A DNA stretch of 57,190 bases, filler included, from Basidiobolus ranarum (taxonomy: Eukaryota), in the NCBI GenBank assembly GCA_040143965.1. It is 3 parts of 3 records of this genome, joined end to end, with 100 filler letters (N's around TTAATTAATTAA, not from the genome) between each part and the next. Parts side by side here need not be neighbours in the genome. Positions count along the whole stretch, not along the records: positions 38,222 to 57,190 come from JASJQH010007137.1; 2 more parts are not named here. One strand, 5' to 3'. Below are positions 39,512 through 51,442 of the stretch, in pieces. Position 1 is the stretch's first letter. The number at the start of each line of letters is the position of its first letter. A program made the translations under genes and the position numbers. The notes under the pieces were generated by a model, which was given only the letters and a program-made list of their open reading frames with translations, did no database searches and was not told where the DNA came from.

Positions 39512-41500
39512 ATGTCACAACTTCGAGTCTCCACAGAGATAATTACCCTCATTATTTCGTATCTTGCATATGAAAAGCGTACACTCCACTCCTTGCTTAC
39601 AGTCAACAAGGTCTGGTACAATGCTACTATACCTATCCTGTACAAGAATCCTTTCCGCCCATGCTTTTGGGATAGCACTTCGGAGGTCAAAAAACGAGAA
39701 GTATTATACCTTCTCTTAGCATCCTCGAACCTTCCACCTAAACTAGCAAGGTCCTTGAGAGAATTTTTGAACCAGACCTTGACTGAATGGGACCCTCCAA
39801 CAGCTCCATTTACAGTGAACTATCTAGACTACTACACTGAAATTAACTATTTGGAGTGGGAGCATAGTAGAAGTGAAAAATATTCCTACGTGACAAGAAA
39901 ACTTAACCATAAAGATGACCGAACCATTAACTTGTTACTTTGTGAACATAATGCGAAGAAACTCAAGAGTGTATGTTTGCCAATCTTGGGCATGAAGTCT
40001 TACTTGCCGTTAGCTACAAGAATGTCTTCTCTGAAACAGCTGAAGTATTGTAGGATAGACAAAGATCAGACCCTCATCACTTATGACCAAGATATCGCAA
40101 TAGTAAGAGATGCGATTGAGTTTGTCAAAGCTCATGTTGAGACCTTTGATGGCATCTTAGCCGAGATCAAGCTTCCAGATCTTAGTGACTTGAAATGTGA
40201 TAGAAATCAGCTAGACGTACAAATCTGGGACATAATCAAACTCCTGAAACGACCTAGCTTAATTGAGGTAGATGCCTCTTATAACTTTTGTCGGTACATA
40301 CAAGGGCCAACTGTTGAACATCTTCGAGTGTTTAGTGCCCCACTCATGAGAGATGAAGTAAAAAAACCACACTGGGACTCCGATTCTTTAATTCAGCGTT
40401 GTCCTAAATTGGAAAAAATCTGTTTCTGTCCATCCAGATCAAACAGTTTCAAGTGGGCAGTGGAAAAGCGTGATTTACTTGTAGACTCCGGCTCCTCTTT
40501 AAGCAGTACGCCGGATATCAAACTACCACCCCTTCGGGAGGTATATGCAAAATGTCAGAAAATTTCTGCCCTCCTTATTGTCCAGGATATTATCTATGCT
40601 TTCCCGAATACAATCAGAGTTATTAGTGTAGAAGAAACATTTTTCCGTAATCCCTATCTTGCACCTCTCAGCTGGGATTGGTTACTACCTAACCTTGTAA
40701 AGATCCAAATACATTTTGTAGACTTTACTTTGTTTAACCTTGAATCACTCAACTTTTGCCCGTCTTTGAAAGAACTTGGCCTCATCAGCCATAGTAGGGA
40801 ACGTGGCAGTAGCCCTGAATTTGGCCCGGTGCTTAGACTACCAAATCTTCGAAAAATCTCATTGCTCAATGGAATATGTTATAAATTCAATTTTGCCTCC
40901 CTCAAAAACTCACCATTGTTAGAAACTGGTTTTTTCTTCGAAAACGGCTCGTCTTCCCCAATACGGCCATCCGACCCACCTTGTTGGACATGGAACTGGG
41001 ACTGGAAGTTGCCGCACTTGAAGAACCTGACACTGATAGGAGAATCAGCTACCCTATTTCAATTCCGCTTATTGGATTCATGTCCACGACTGGAACAGCT
41101 TAGTCTCAACATTGGTGAATACCATCGAACATTAACCTTGAATGAGATACTTAATACAGATGTTTCAACTGAATGTGTGAGCCATGTAGTACCAGTACAT
41201 AAAATCAGCTGTAAGTATAAAGAGTTCCGCCTTACAGGGTTTAAAATCTCTGGAGAGACATTATCTGCCCTCTTACAACGATACATGTTGCATGTTACAG
41301 AAATCCATCTTGATAAATTAGTAGGATTAACCAGCACAGACATCATAAATGTAACTCAAAAATTGCCTCATATCCGATACGTTCACTCTACATTAACTTT
41401 AACAAATGCTGATATTGACCAAAATAAGATGTATTTGGCGGAAAGTAAGAAATACGGTGAAGTATGGAGGTGTGGCTTCGTTAATTACATGATGAGATAA
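39512..41500 (+). CDS. F-box-like / RNI-type LRR protein, copy 1 (662 aa, intronless)
   Basis: N-terminal EIITLIISYL..TLHSLLTVNKVW..IPILYKNPF is F-box-like. Repeated CPxLxxLxL / LPxLxxLxL LRR motifs follow. Confidence 0.85.
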   Translation: MSQLRVSTEIITLIISYLAYEKRTLHSLLTVNKVWYNATIPILYKNPFRPCFWDSTSEVKKREVLYLLLASSNLPPKLARSLREFLNQTLTEWDPPTAPFTVNYLDYYTEINYLEWEHSRSEKYSYVTRKLNHKDDRTINLLLCEHNAKKLKSVCLPILGMKSYLPLATRMSSLKQLKYCRIDKDQTLITYDQDIAIVRDAIEFVKAHVETFDGILAEIKLPDLSDLKCDRNQLDVQIWDIIKLLKRPSLIEVDASYNFCRYIQGPTVEHLRVFSAPLMRDEVKKPHWDSDSLIQRCPKLEKICFCPSRSNSFKWAVEKRDLLVDSGSSLSSTPDIKLPPLREVYAKCQKISALLIVQDIIYAFPNTIRVISVEETFFRNPYLAPLSWDWLLPNLVKIQIHFVDFTLFNLESLNFCPSLKELGLISHSRERGSSPEFGPVLRLPNLRKISLLNGICYKFNFASLKNSPLLETGFFFENGSSSPIRPSDPPCWTWNWDWKLPHLKNLTLIGESATLFQFRLLDSCPRLEQLSLNIGEYHRTLTLNEILNTDVSTECVSHVVPVHKISCKYKEFRLTGFKISGETLSALLQRYMLHVTEIHLDKLVGLTSTDIINVTQKLPHIRYVHSTLTLTNADIDQNKMYLAESKKYGEVWRCGFVNYMMR

Positions 41501-41650
41501 TTTCCAAACCAAACTAGAAGAAGATTTAAGAAATAAAGGTCTTTGTATGCTTCTAAAGCATTCAGTTGTTACCTGTCTACCATGTGAACTTTGTATCACC
41601 TGTTTTTAAATCACCAAATATAACGAGCCAGGTAGGAAATTAGCAACAAA

Positions 41651-41805
41651 GATAATTGCTCTTATTATTTTGTATCTTGTATACGTAAATAATACTCACT
41701 ATTCCCTACTCATGGTCAACAAGGTATTTTTGAATGTGGACTGAGACAAATTATATTCCGGCCCTACGACTGCTCCGATTACAGTGAATTATCTTTATTC
41801 CTCTG
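41651..41805 (+). pseudogene. Short N-terminal F-box/LRR fragment
   Basis: Degenerate match to the IIxLIIxYL..VNK and APxTVNYL coding segments, with the intervening sequence deleted. Confidence 0.65.
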
Positions 41806-42327
41806 AGTGAGCGGCAACATACGAAAATATATATTCTATGATTTTGCAAGCTAAAATGCTTATATGATAGCTCCCACAAAGGTTAACCTATATTCAAGTT
41901 TGCATACTTGTCCAAGCATTTTTTGAATAATGCACATTTATTCAACTGAGCTGAAGAGGCCCAACAATTTCACAGGAAAGTGTCTCACTTGATCAGTTGG
42001 ATAAAAAGGATGCCATCTACTTTATTGAATAAAGTGAAGTTAGGAAACAAGTTTATTTGGATATTACAAGTATATTGCCGTCACACTAATGACAAATAAG
42101 TGACCAAGTGAGTGAACGACAAGTAAATTTGTTACCGACTAGATTGCAATGTCTTGATCCTTAATAGTCGCCAAAATCAAAATCCAATGCTAATGCTGCG
42201 ACATTGTGTGCATATTGAACATATCAAAAAGATAGGGAATTTCTGATATAAATATGCTTAAGATTACACGCCACTTTGTCTCTGTCATCACTCACTCACC
42301 AATTCCAGTGTTAAGCTTTCTTTGAAG

Positions 42328-44373
42328 ATGTCACAACTTCGCATATTCACTGAGATAATTACCCTCACTGCACCATATCTTGCATGTGAAAAGAATGCGC
42401 TCCATTCCTTGCTCACAGTCAACAAATTGTGTTTTATCACAGCTGTACCTATCCTGTACAAGAATCCTTTTCATCCGCGGTTTTGGGGACTCACTTCAAA
42501 AGTCAACAAACGAGAAGTGTTATACCTTCTCTTGGCTTCCTCAAATCTTTTACTTGAACTAGAAAACCCCATGACAGAATTGTCGGAATGGGATTTGACT
42601 GAATCTGATCTTCCAACTGCTCCATTTACGGTGAACTATCTTGACTACTACACTGAAATCAACTATTTCGAGTGGGCACGTATTAGCGATGAAAACTATT
42701 GTTATGTAACAACAAATTTTAACCTTGAAGTTGACCAGATTGTCAACTTTTTATTTTGTAAATACAATGCAAAGAAGCTCAAGAGCATGTATTTACCAAT
42801 CTTGGACATGAAGCTTTACTTGCCGTTGGCTACAAGAATGTCTTCGCTGAAACGGCTCGAGTATGATAGGATAGAAAACGATGATGCTTTTGCCACTTAT
42901 GATCAAGGTATCGTAACAATACAAGATGCGATTGAGTTTGTCAAAATTCATGTGGAGACTTTTGGCGACGCCTTAACAGAGATCAAGATTCCAGATCTTA
43001 GCGACTTGAAATGTGATAGAAATCAGCTAGATATACAAATTGGGGAAATAATTAATCTGCTGAAACGACCTAGCGTAATTGAAGTAGATGGCACCTATGA
43101 TTTCTGCAAGTACATCCAAGAACCAACTGTTGAACATCTCCGAGTGTTTAGGGGCCCACTTATGAGATATAGAGCAGAAACGCCCAACTGGGACTCCGCA
43201 TCTTTATTTCAGCGTTGCCCTAAATTGGAAAAAGTTCGTTTTTGTCCATCCGGACCAAACAGTTTCAAGTGGGCAGTGGAGAAGCGTGCTTTACTTTTAG
43301 ATGCTGGTCCCTCTTTCAATCGTACTTCAGGTATCAAACTACCCCCTCTTCGAGATGTGTGTGTGATATGTAAGAATTTTGCTTCTCTTCGCTTTGTCGA
43401 GGATATTATCTATGCTTTCCGGAATACAATTAGAAACATCATCGTTGTGGAGGAAACACATATCACTGAGCACAGTCCTCAGCCTGTCAACTGGAATTGG
43501 ATGTTACCTAACCTTGTAAAGATCCAAATACAGTTTGTAGACTTCACTTTGTTTGACCTTGAATCACTCAACGTGTGCCCGTCTTTGGAAGAACTCAACT
43601 TAAACGGCTTTAGTGAGTATTGTAGTAGTCGCCCTGAATTTCGCTCGGTGCTCAGGTTACCCAATCTTCGTAGTATAACATTGCTCAACAGGATATCTCT
43701 CCAATTCAATCTTGACTCTCTCAAATACTCACCATTGTTAGAAACTATCATGCTTTCTGAAAAAGACGCATCTCTTTCGATGCCATCATCCGACTCACCA
43801 ATCTGGACATGGACCTGGAACTGGAAGTTGCCGCGTTTAAAGAAGTTGTCACTGATTGGAGAATCAGCCGCCCTCTTTCAATTCCACTTATTGGATTCAT
43901 GCCCACGACTGGAACATCTCTATCTCTACATTGGAGAGTACTATCGAACCTTTACCTTGAAAGATATACAAAAAACAGATTTATCTACAGAATGCGTGAG
44001 CCAAATAGTGCCGAGAAATGAAGTCAGTCATAAGTGTAAAGAGGTTTACTTTAGAGAGTTTGAAATCTCTGGAAAGACGTTGTCTACTCTCTTACAACGA
44101 TACATGTCGCAAGTTACGGAAATCCATCTTATTGAAGTAGACGGATTAACCAGCGCAGACATCATAAAGGCAACTCAAAAATTGCCTCATGTTCGATACG
44201 TACACTCTTCGTTAACTTTAACAGTTGCTGACATTCGAAAGAATGGGATGTATCAGGTCGAAAGTAAAAAATATGGCGAAGTGTGGAGATGTGGCTCCGT
44301 GAATTACATTATGAGACATTCACTAAACCAAGTTAGAACTAAAGTTATAAAGTCAGGGTCTTGGTATATCTAG
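42328..44373 (+). CDS. F-box-like / LRR protein, copy 2 (681 aa from ATG)
   Basis: Colinear with copy 1 along its full length; ATG at 42328. Confidence 0.85.
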   Translation: MSQLRIFTEIITLTAPYLACEKNALHSLLTVNKLCFITAVPILYKNPFHPRFWGLTSKVNKREVLYLLLASSNLLLELENPMTELSEWDLTESDLPTAPFTVNYLDYYTEINYFEWARISDENYCYVTTNFNLEVDQIVNFLFCKYNAKKLKSMYLPILDMKLYLPLATRMSSLKRLEYDRIENDDAFATYDQGIVTIQDAIEFVKIHVETFGDALTEIKIPDLSDLKCDRNQLDIQIGEIINLLKRPSVIEVDGTYDFCKYIQEPTVEHLRVFRGPLMRYRAETPNWDSASLFQRCPKLEKVRFCPSGPNSFKWAVEKRALLLDAGPSFNRTSGIKLPPLRDVCVICKNFASLRFVEDIIYAFRNTIRNIIVVEETHITEHSPQPVNWNWMLPNLVKIQIQFVDFTLFDLESLNVCPSLEELNLNGFSEYCSSRPEFRSVLRLPNLRSITLLNRISLQFNLDSLKYSPLLETIMLSEKDASLSMPSSDSPIWTWTWNWKLPRLKKLSLIGESAALFQFHLLDSCPRLEHLYLYIGEYYRTFTLKDIQKTDLSTECVSQIVPRNEVSHKCKEVYFREFEISGKTLSTLLQRYMSQVTEIHLIEVDGLTSADIIKATQKLPHVRYVHSSLTLTVADIRKNGMYQVESKKYGEVWRCGSVNYIMRHSLNQVRTKVIKSGSWYI

Positions 44374-44544
44374 AGGTTCCGACTCCTACTTATCCACCTT
44401 GGTAACTTTGTATTATAGTCATCAGTATAATATAATTCAAGTGGTCAGTACAAACTCAGGGACCTTATACTTCTATATGTTACCTGTATAAATATACCTG
44501 AGTTTTTTGGTGATTGTTGCCCTACTTGGAACTCATTGCAATAG

Positions 44545-44885
44545 ATGTAGTGCCAAGAAATGAATTCAGCCGTAAGAGCAAAATGTTCAACCTCAAAGGA
44601 TATGAAATCTCGGGGGAATCGTTGCTTGCTCTCTTGCAACGATACCTAGCGGATATGACGTAAATTCATCTTGCTGGATTGAAAGGATTAACCAGCACAG
44701 ATATCATAAATGTAACTCAAAATCTGCCTCGTATTCGACACCTACACTCTACGTTAGCTTTGACGGATGCGGATATTCAACAAAATGAGATGTACTTGGT
44801 GGAATGTAGGAAGCGCGGTAAAGTGTGGAGGTGTGGCTCTGTGAATTATATTCTGAGAAATTCACCCAAACAAGCTAGAGCTTGA
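44545..44885 (+). pseudogene. C-terminal F-box/LRR fragment most similar to copy 4
   Basis: Matches ~53120-53464 (..VWRCGSVNY.LRNSPKQAR) and has an internal stop. The following ~300 bp match the 3' flank of copy 4. Confidence 0.85.
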
Positions 44886-46359
44886 GGTTTAAAATAGAGG
44901 TCTTTGTATAGATCTAAAGAGTTCAATTGTTTATGTCAACTAGAGGAATAGTAATAAAACAAGGGTCTTCGTATGCCTCTAAAGTGTTTCATTGTTACCT
45001 ATCCACCATACAAACTCTGTATTGCACACATATAAATATGATGACATTGGTTGCGGAATATAAAGAGTTAGGTGCAAACACTCAAGTTCTTTGATAAGTT
45101 TTCTGTATAGATATACTAGAGCATGTGAATTCCTTTGGTCGTTGTGATGCTGCATATATTTTTATGATATTTTTTTGCAATTCAAGTGTGCATTGTTGGC
45201 GATATCTCCCATTGTTGTTTAAGAAAAGCTGTATTCTTGCTGTAACGGGTTTTATCTCTCATAAATAATACCTGTAGGAATCTTTAGAAATGAAGTTATT
45301 GAGAGACATTTATTAGTTGATCAGGAATGTAAAATATATAAGCTTTTTGATGGTCGCTGTCCTGTTGAGAATGCCTTACTGCAGATGCCGTTACTAGATG
45401 ACTTGAATCGAAACACAGAGTACAAAATGGTTGTTTAAATGTAACAGTGAAAGTAACATTGAGGTATATTTGAGTGAACTAGACGTATGGATTGGAGACA
45501 ATTCGAAAATACTAGTATTTTACATCAAAACTATAATATTCTATTTGACGCTAATCATATCATTTTATATGTTACAACAAACTCCGAGGTTCTTACATAT
45601 TCTGTCTAAATATGGCAAATCCGTTAGGTGATATCTGTGGCGCATAGTGTAATTTTATATTAATCAGGGTAGGCTTATTCGAAGATGATTTCTGTGACGG
45701 TTTTAATGACCAACTGAGGTAAATATTGATATCATGACTTGGATTTGTACGATCTGCAGTTGCTCTCATTATGGTTATTCTTGTGACCGTTTTTATTGAC
45801 GATAGCACTGCAGTACCGCACACGTTTTCAGAATGAAAAATAAAATCTGTTTGCTGTAAATTATCTTGACTACTTCACCAATTTTGTTTGAAATGAATGT
45901 CATCAGCACTCGATTTCTGCCATTCCACGAACTCTTGGCCGCATTATCCACATCCTATTTTCCAACTATAGTACGAAGCAAATCATGGGGATTTCTGCTG
46001 TTATATAATCCGATATATACGTATGTATACAGCATCTATTTTATGGAGCGATACTCATTGTATGGCTTGGATATCCAAGAAGATTGCAAGATCGTGATTT
46101 AAATGGTAAGAATGGCCATCATAGCTAGCTGTAACTGCATTTGGCATAGGTTTGACCCAACATCTAAACTACCAAATCGTCGAAAATTCGAAATGGTCAG
46201 TTTTCTGCATTGAATTTTGCCTTTCGCCAATATTCACCGCTACTGGAATCACTCAAACTTCGCGAAACACTGCTGATTCGATCAACTGGCTCGCCTTTAT
46301 GAGTATGGATTTTGGATTGGCATTTTCTACGTTTAAAGATAGATCTTATACATCAGATA

Positions 46360-46485
46360 TTCGGTTTGATTCGAGTTCTCCTTTAAACAATACGTCAGAT
46401 ATACAGTTACCACCCCTTCGAGAAGTATAAGTGGTATAGAATAATTTCGTTCCTCGTCGTATTGACAAGGATACTATCTATGTAT
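46360..46485 (+). pseudogene. Short mid-gene F-box/LRR fragment
   Basis: Encodes DSSSPLNNTSDIQLPPLREV* and the following degenerate codons. Confidence 0.7.
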
Positions 46486-46982
46486 CCTGACATGGTTGAT
46501 TTATGAATCAACACTATCTGTTTGTATACAGGCCAAATATATCGCCAATAAAAGGCCTTGTCTGAATAGTTCTATTGAAAACATTTATTTGAATTGTACA
46601 AAAAAGAACCCATCTTCAGACCTCCACCTCAATGATTAGCAGTTGGGTTTTTAAAAGATGATGGATGTCATCTGTGAAACGTTCTATGGAATAAGAGAGA
46701 TTAGGTAACTAGTCCACTTTGATAAGGTCACACTAATACCAAATAAGTAACCAGGAAAGCAAATAACCAGTAAATTTGTTACAGTTTGGAACATCTGTGA
46801 ACTGTTTAATGTAGTAGCGATTCTTATTAATGGCTAGAATCAGGAGTCAGACTGTTGTGTCAGTTATACTGTGACATTGCATATAAATTAAGCTCATCAA
46901 GGGAAAAGACTTTTATTAAAATGACGCTATCTCCCTATCTTTTCTCACTCTCATTCTGTCCAGGGTTGAGTTTGCTTTGAAA

Positions 46983-48890
46983 ATGTCCCAATTTTCAGCA
47001 CTAGCTGAAATAATTCCCCTTGTTATTCCATATCTTGCATATGAAAAGCACACACTCCATTCCTTGCTTACAGTCAACAAGGTGTGTTTCAACGTTGCCG
47101 TACCTATCCTGTACAATAATCCTTTCCGCTCATGCTTTTGGAACAGCCCTTCGAGATCCAATACACAGAAGATTCTATACCTTCTCTTAACTTCATCAAA
47201 ACTTGCCCCTGAACGAACAAGATCCACAACAGAATTGCCGGACCCGACTTTGGATGGATGGGATCTTCCAACTTCTCCATTTACAGTGAACTATCTTGAC
47301 TACTACACTGAAATCAATTATTCGGAGTGGGCATGTCTTTATGATGAAGGGTCTTTTGAGAAGATAAGTGGCTTAGGCCTTGCAGTTTGCCGCTCCATCA
47401 ACTTCTCAGTTTGTGAATATAATGCAGAGAAGCTCAAGAGTGTGTGTTTGCCAATCCTAGACGTGAAGTCTTACTTGCCGTTAGCTACAAGAATGTCTTC
47501 TCTACAACGACTTGAGTTTTATTGGGAATATAAAAAGCATAATTATATTGTTGATGATCGAGATATCCTAGAGATGCAAGATGCGATTGAGTTTGTCAAA
47601 ATCCATGTGGAAACCTTTGGCGACACCTTAACCGAGATCAAGATTCCAAATCTTATTGCCTTGAAATGTGAGGGAGATCCGCTCGATGTACAAATCTGGA
47701 ATTTAATCAGAACTCTGAAGCGACCTAGCGTAATTGAAGTGGATAGCCCTTATGGTTTTTGCAAGTATATTCAAGGACCAACTGTTGAACATCTCCGAGT
47801 TTTTAACGGCTCACGCACGAACGATGATAGATTATACAGTGACTGGATGTCTTTCGTTCAGCATTGTCCTAAATTGGAAAAAATCCAGTTTTTTATGCCT
47901 GGACCTGACAGTTTCAAGTGGGCAGTGGAGAGGCGTGCTTTACGTGTAGACTCTGGCCTCTGTTTAAACAACGCAGCCGATATAAAACTACCACCCCTTC
48001 GAGATGTAGACATGGAATGTATGTTTGTATCTTCCCTTCCTACTTTCAGAGATATCATCTATGCTTTCAGAGATACACTCAGAAATATCATTGTGAAGGA
48101 ACATTTTTTAATCAGAGCTGAGAGTCTCAAATGGGATTGGTTTCTACCTAGTCTTGTAAAGATCCAAATAGAAAATGCTGACTTGACTTTGTTTGACTTT
48201 GAATCACTCAACTTCTGCCCATCTTTGGAAGAACTCTACCTAATCAGGTCTAGATGTAAAATCGACTCTGTAACTGAGTTTGGCCCAGTGCTTAGGCTAC
48301 CAAATCTTCGCAAAATTCAATTGGAGTTCGGAACATCTTATAAATTCAACTTTACCTCTCTCGAATACTCACCGTTACTAGAAAGTCTCACACTTTCCAA
48401 TGATGGATCATCTATTCTACGGTCAACCGACTCACCTTGCTCGACGTGGACTTGGGACTGTAGATTACCGCATTTAAAGAGCCTGTGGCTGGTTGGAGAA
48501 CCAGCTGCCCTCTTTCAATTTCGCCTATTGGATTCATGTCCATTGCTAGAAAATCTTAGTCTCAACCTTGGGGATTACCATCGAACATTGACTTTGAATG
48601 AGATACTCAAAACAGATGTGTCTACTGAACATGTGAGCGAAGTAATATCAAGAAATGAAATCAGCCGTAAGCGCAAAACTTTTTACTTACACGGATTTAA
48701 AATTTCTGGAGAGACATTATTTGCTCTCTTACAACGATACATGACGCACTTTGCGGATATCCGTCTTTACAAACTAGGAGATTTAACCAGCACAGACATC
48801 ATAAATGCAACTCAAAAATTGGCTCATGTTCGAGATGTAAAGTTGTCATTTAGTTTAACAGGTGCCGAAATTCAACATAATGGTACTTAG
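46983..48890 (+). CDS. F-box-like / LRR protein, copy 3 (635 aa from ATG; C-terminus truncated)
   Basis: The most divergent copy. It lacks the terminal ..VWRCGxVNYxMR segment present in copies 1, 2 and 4. Confidence 0.82.
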   Translation: MSQFSALAEIIPLVIPYLAYEKHTLHSLLTVNKVCFNVAVPILYNNPFRSCFWNSPSRSNTQKILYLLLTSSKLAPERTRSTTELPDPTLDGWDLPTSPFTVNYLDYYTEINYSEWACLYDEGSFEKISGLGLAVCRSINFSVCEYNAEKLKSVCLPILDVKSYLPLATRMSSLQRLEFYWEYKKHNYIVDDRDILEMQDAIEFVKIHVETFGDTLTEIKIPNLIALKCEGDPLDVQIWNLIRTLKRPSVIEVDSPYGFCKYIQGPTVEHLRVFNGSRTNDDRLYSDWMSFVQHCPKLEKIQFFMPGPDSFKWAVERRALRVDSGLCLNNAADIKLPPLRDVDMECMFVSSLPTFRDIIYAFRDTLRNIIVKEHFLIRAESLKWDWFLPSLVKIQIENADLTLFDFESLNFCPSLEELYLIRSRCKIDSVTEFGPVLRLPNLRKIQLEFGTSYKFNFTSLEYSPLLESLTLSNDGSSILRSTDSPCSTWTWDCRLPHLKSLWLVGEPAALFQFRLLDSCPLLENLSLNLGDYHRTLTLNEILKTDVSTEHVSEVISRNEISRKRKTFYLHGFKISGETLFALLQRYMTHFADIRLYKLGDLTSTDIINATQKLAHVRDVKLSFSLTGAEIQHNGT

Positions 48891-49769
48891 CAAATGGCCA
48901 AAATTGCAGTGTATTAGATTTTTCCTTATTGACAAGTATTAAACCTTCAAATATGTCAAGATATTGTTTGTTGGTAATTTATGCTTTAAAGGAGATTCCT
49001 GAAGTAATTTCTGCCTCTACATAATTTCCAAAATGGGTAGTCATATCTGGCCTCATACAATTTTATCACATTGTATACAATCTGCTAGGCTATATGAGAT
49101 ATTGTGTTGAATGGGGCCTAATTTGATGCATATGTTTTTTTATTTACGGGAAATGAAACATGTCACCTACAATTTTTATTTCTAACCAACAGGATTTGTT
49201 TCATCAACATTAAGTAAATTATCAAGATGTTTGGAGAAATTATTACTTAAGGAGCTTCAAACCACTGAATACTTAGAAACAGTATTTTCTTTATATATGG
49301 AAAATTAGAATAGCTATCAATATCAAAATCTTTACTGTATTAAAATTTTGATAATTTAGTAAACTCCTATCTACTAGTGATTGGTTTTGAGTGATTTGGT
49401 TGCTGTTGGTGTGCATCTTATATCAGAAGCATACATTGCCAAAACCATAATGTAAATAGTTCAGATCTGTTATAGCGTAGTGTTTGGAAATATAGTCAAT
49501 AACAAAATAAATAAATAATCACACTAATAACAAACAATTATCCAGGCAAGAAAATGACGAGTAAATTTGTTACTGATTGGAACAATTGCTAACCATTCAT
49601 TTTGTAGCGATTCAATTGTTTCCTATCTATCATGCACACTTTGTATTCCATAGTTATAAATAGATAATTTAGAACTTTTCGGTAATACTTTGGTGTAATT
49701 TCATACAAATCATGTGACACAACACTACTTGATTGCTGTAAGTTTTTAATAACTAACCAAGTAAATATT

Positions 49770-50543
49770 GATTTCGTGACTTGGATTTGTACGATCGGCA
49801 GTGGCTCTCAATATCGTTATTCTTGTGACTGTTTCTATCGGCGGTAGCACTTTAGACGGATCCAATCTAGTACTCAGGCTACCAAATATTTGAAGCCTCG
49901 TTCTGTTAGACAAGATATCTTACAGATCCAACCTTGCTTCTCGCCAATAATCATCATTACTAGAGACACTCATATCCTTCGAAATACGCTCATCTCTTCC
50001 GATACTGTCACCCAACCCACCACACTGGACTTAGACCGAGGACTAAAAGTTGCCGCGCTTGAAGTAATTGATACTAGCTGACAAATCAGTACCCACTTTC
50101 AATTTTGTTTATTGGATTCATGTCCATTACTGAAATAACTTAATTTCAACTTGGGAGAGTTTCATCAAGCACTGCCCTTGGATGAGATACTTAGAACAGA
50201 TTTACCTTCTGAAAGCATGAGCCAAACGGTATCAGGAGATGAAAATAGTCACAAATGCAACAAACTCAACTTTGAAATCACTGCAGAGGCATTATGTGTT
50301 CTTTTTCAACGATACATGTCCGATGTTAGAGAAATCCATCTTGCTAAATTCCAAGGATTCACCAACCCAAAAATTATAAGTGCAACTCAAAAATTGTCTC
50401 ATATTCGATACGTACGATCTATGCTGACTTTAACTGATGCTGATATCGAACTAAATGGAATGCATTTAGTGGAGATTAATGAACAAAGTATAGTGTGGAT
50501 ATATGGCTCCATTAACTACATTATGAGATATTTACTAAACTAG
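49770..50543 (+). pseudogene. 3'-third F-box/LRR pseudogene
   Basis: Frameshifted VLRLPN.., FQFCLLDSCPLL and FQRYMSDV..INYIMR segments. It follows an orphan upstream module at ~49519. Confidence 0.85.
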
Positions 50544-51442
50544 AATAGAGCAAGAGTTGAGAAATATGGATCTTCATATACATTTAAAGGACTCATTGCT
50601 ACCTATGTACCATGTCAACTTGGTATCGCACACTTATATTTACAATATGATACATTATGAGGCTCAAGCTCAGAAAAGCGTTTATACTATTATACGTTTT
50701 CTGTATAAATATAATTGAGTTTTTTGATAATCATTGCCCTACCTGAACTCTACTGAAGCGGATGCTCTTACTAGATGGCTGTGATACAGTAGAACTTATG
50801 CCCTAACGTATGGAATCACATTATTGTTTTGATGCCACATGAGAATTTCATGATTTACAAACACGTAGTCAGGTGGCTTAGAAAGAAGTATGGATAACCA
50901 TTCGTAAAGTGAGTTGAAGAAACTATGATGATATTACTGTCACGCAACTGTTTATCTATATATGATTTCATTATATATTCTCAGAAGTTGTGTATAAGTA
51001 CAAACCGATGCTTTTCAGATGGTGTAATTAGCAAGGGAGCCAATCGTTGTGGTGAACAAGTGGTACCTATCACTTGCATATTATACAGATAATAATAATC
51101 TAGGGAATAAGAGAGAGGTTAGGTAACAAGTCCACTTCAATGTCACAATAATTGTGGTTTACAAGACCACGCTTAAGACAATTAAGTGACTAGGTAAGTG
51201 AATGACAAGTAAATATTTTATTGCTTGGAAAATATGTTGACCTTTCAGTTTTGTAGCAATTCTTGATAGTAGCCAAAATCAGGATACAGGCCAAGTCACG
51301 GGGATACTACTGCGGCATTGCATGTATTACAGATTTATCAACACAAAAGATTTCTAAAATATAAATATACTTCTGCTGCAATAACGCTATATCCTGACCA
51401 CTCTCCATATTCCTTGCTTTCAGCTTTAAATTTGCTCTGAAA

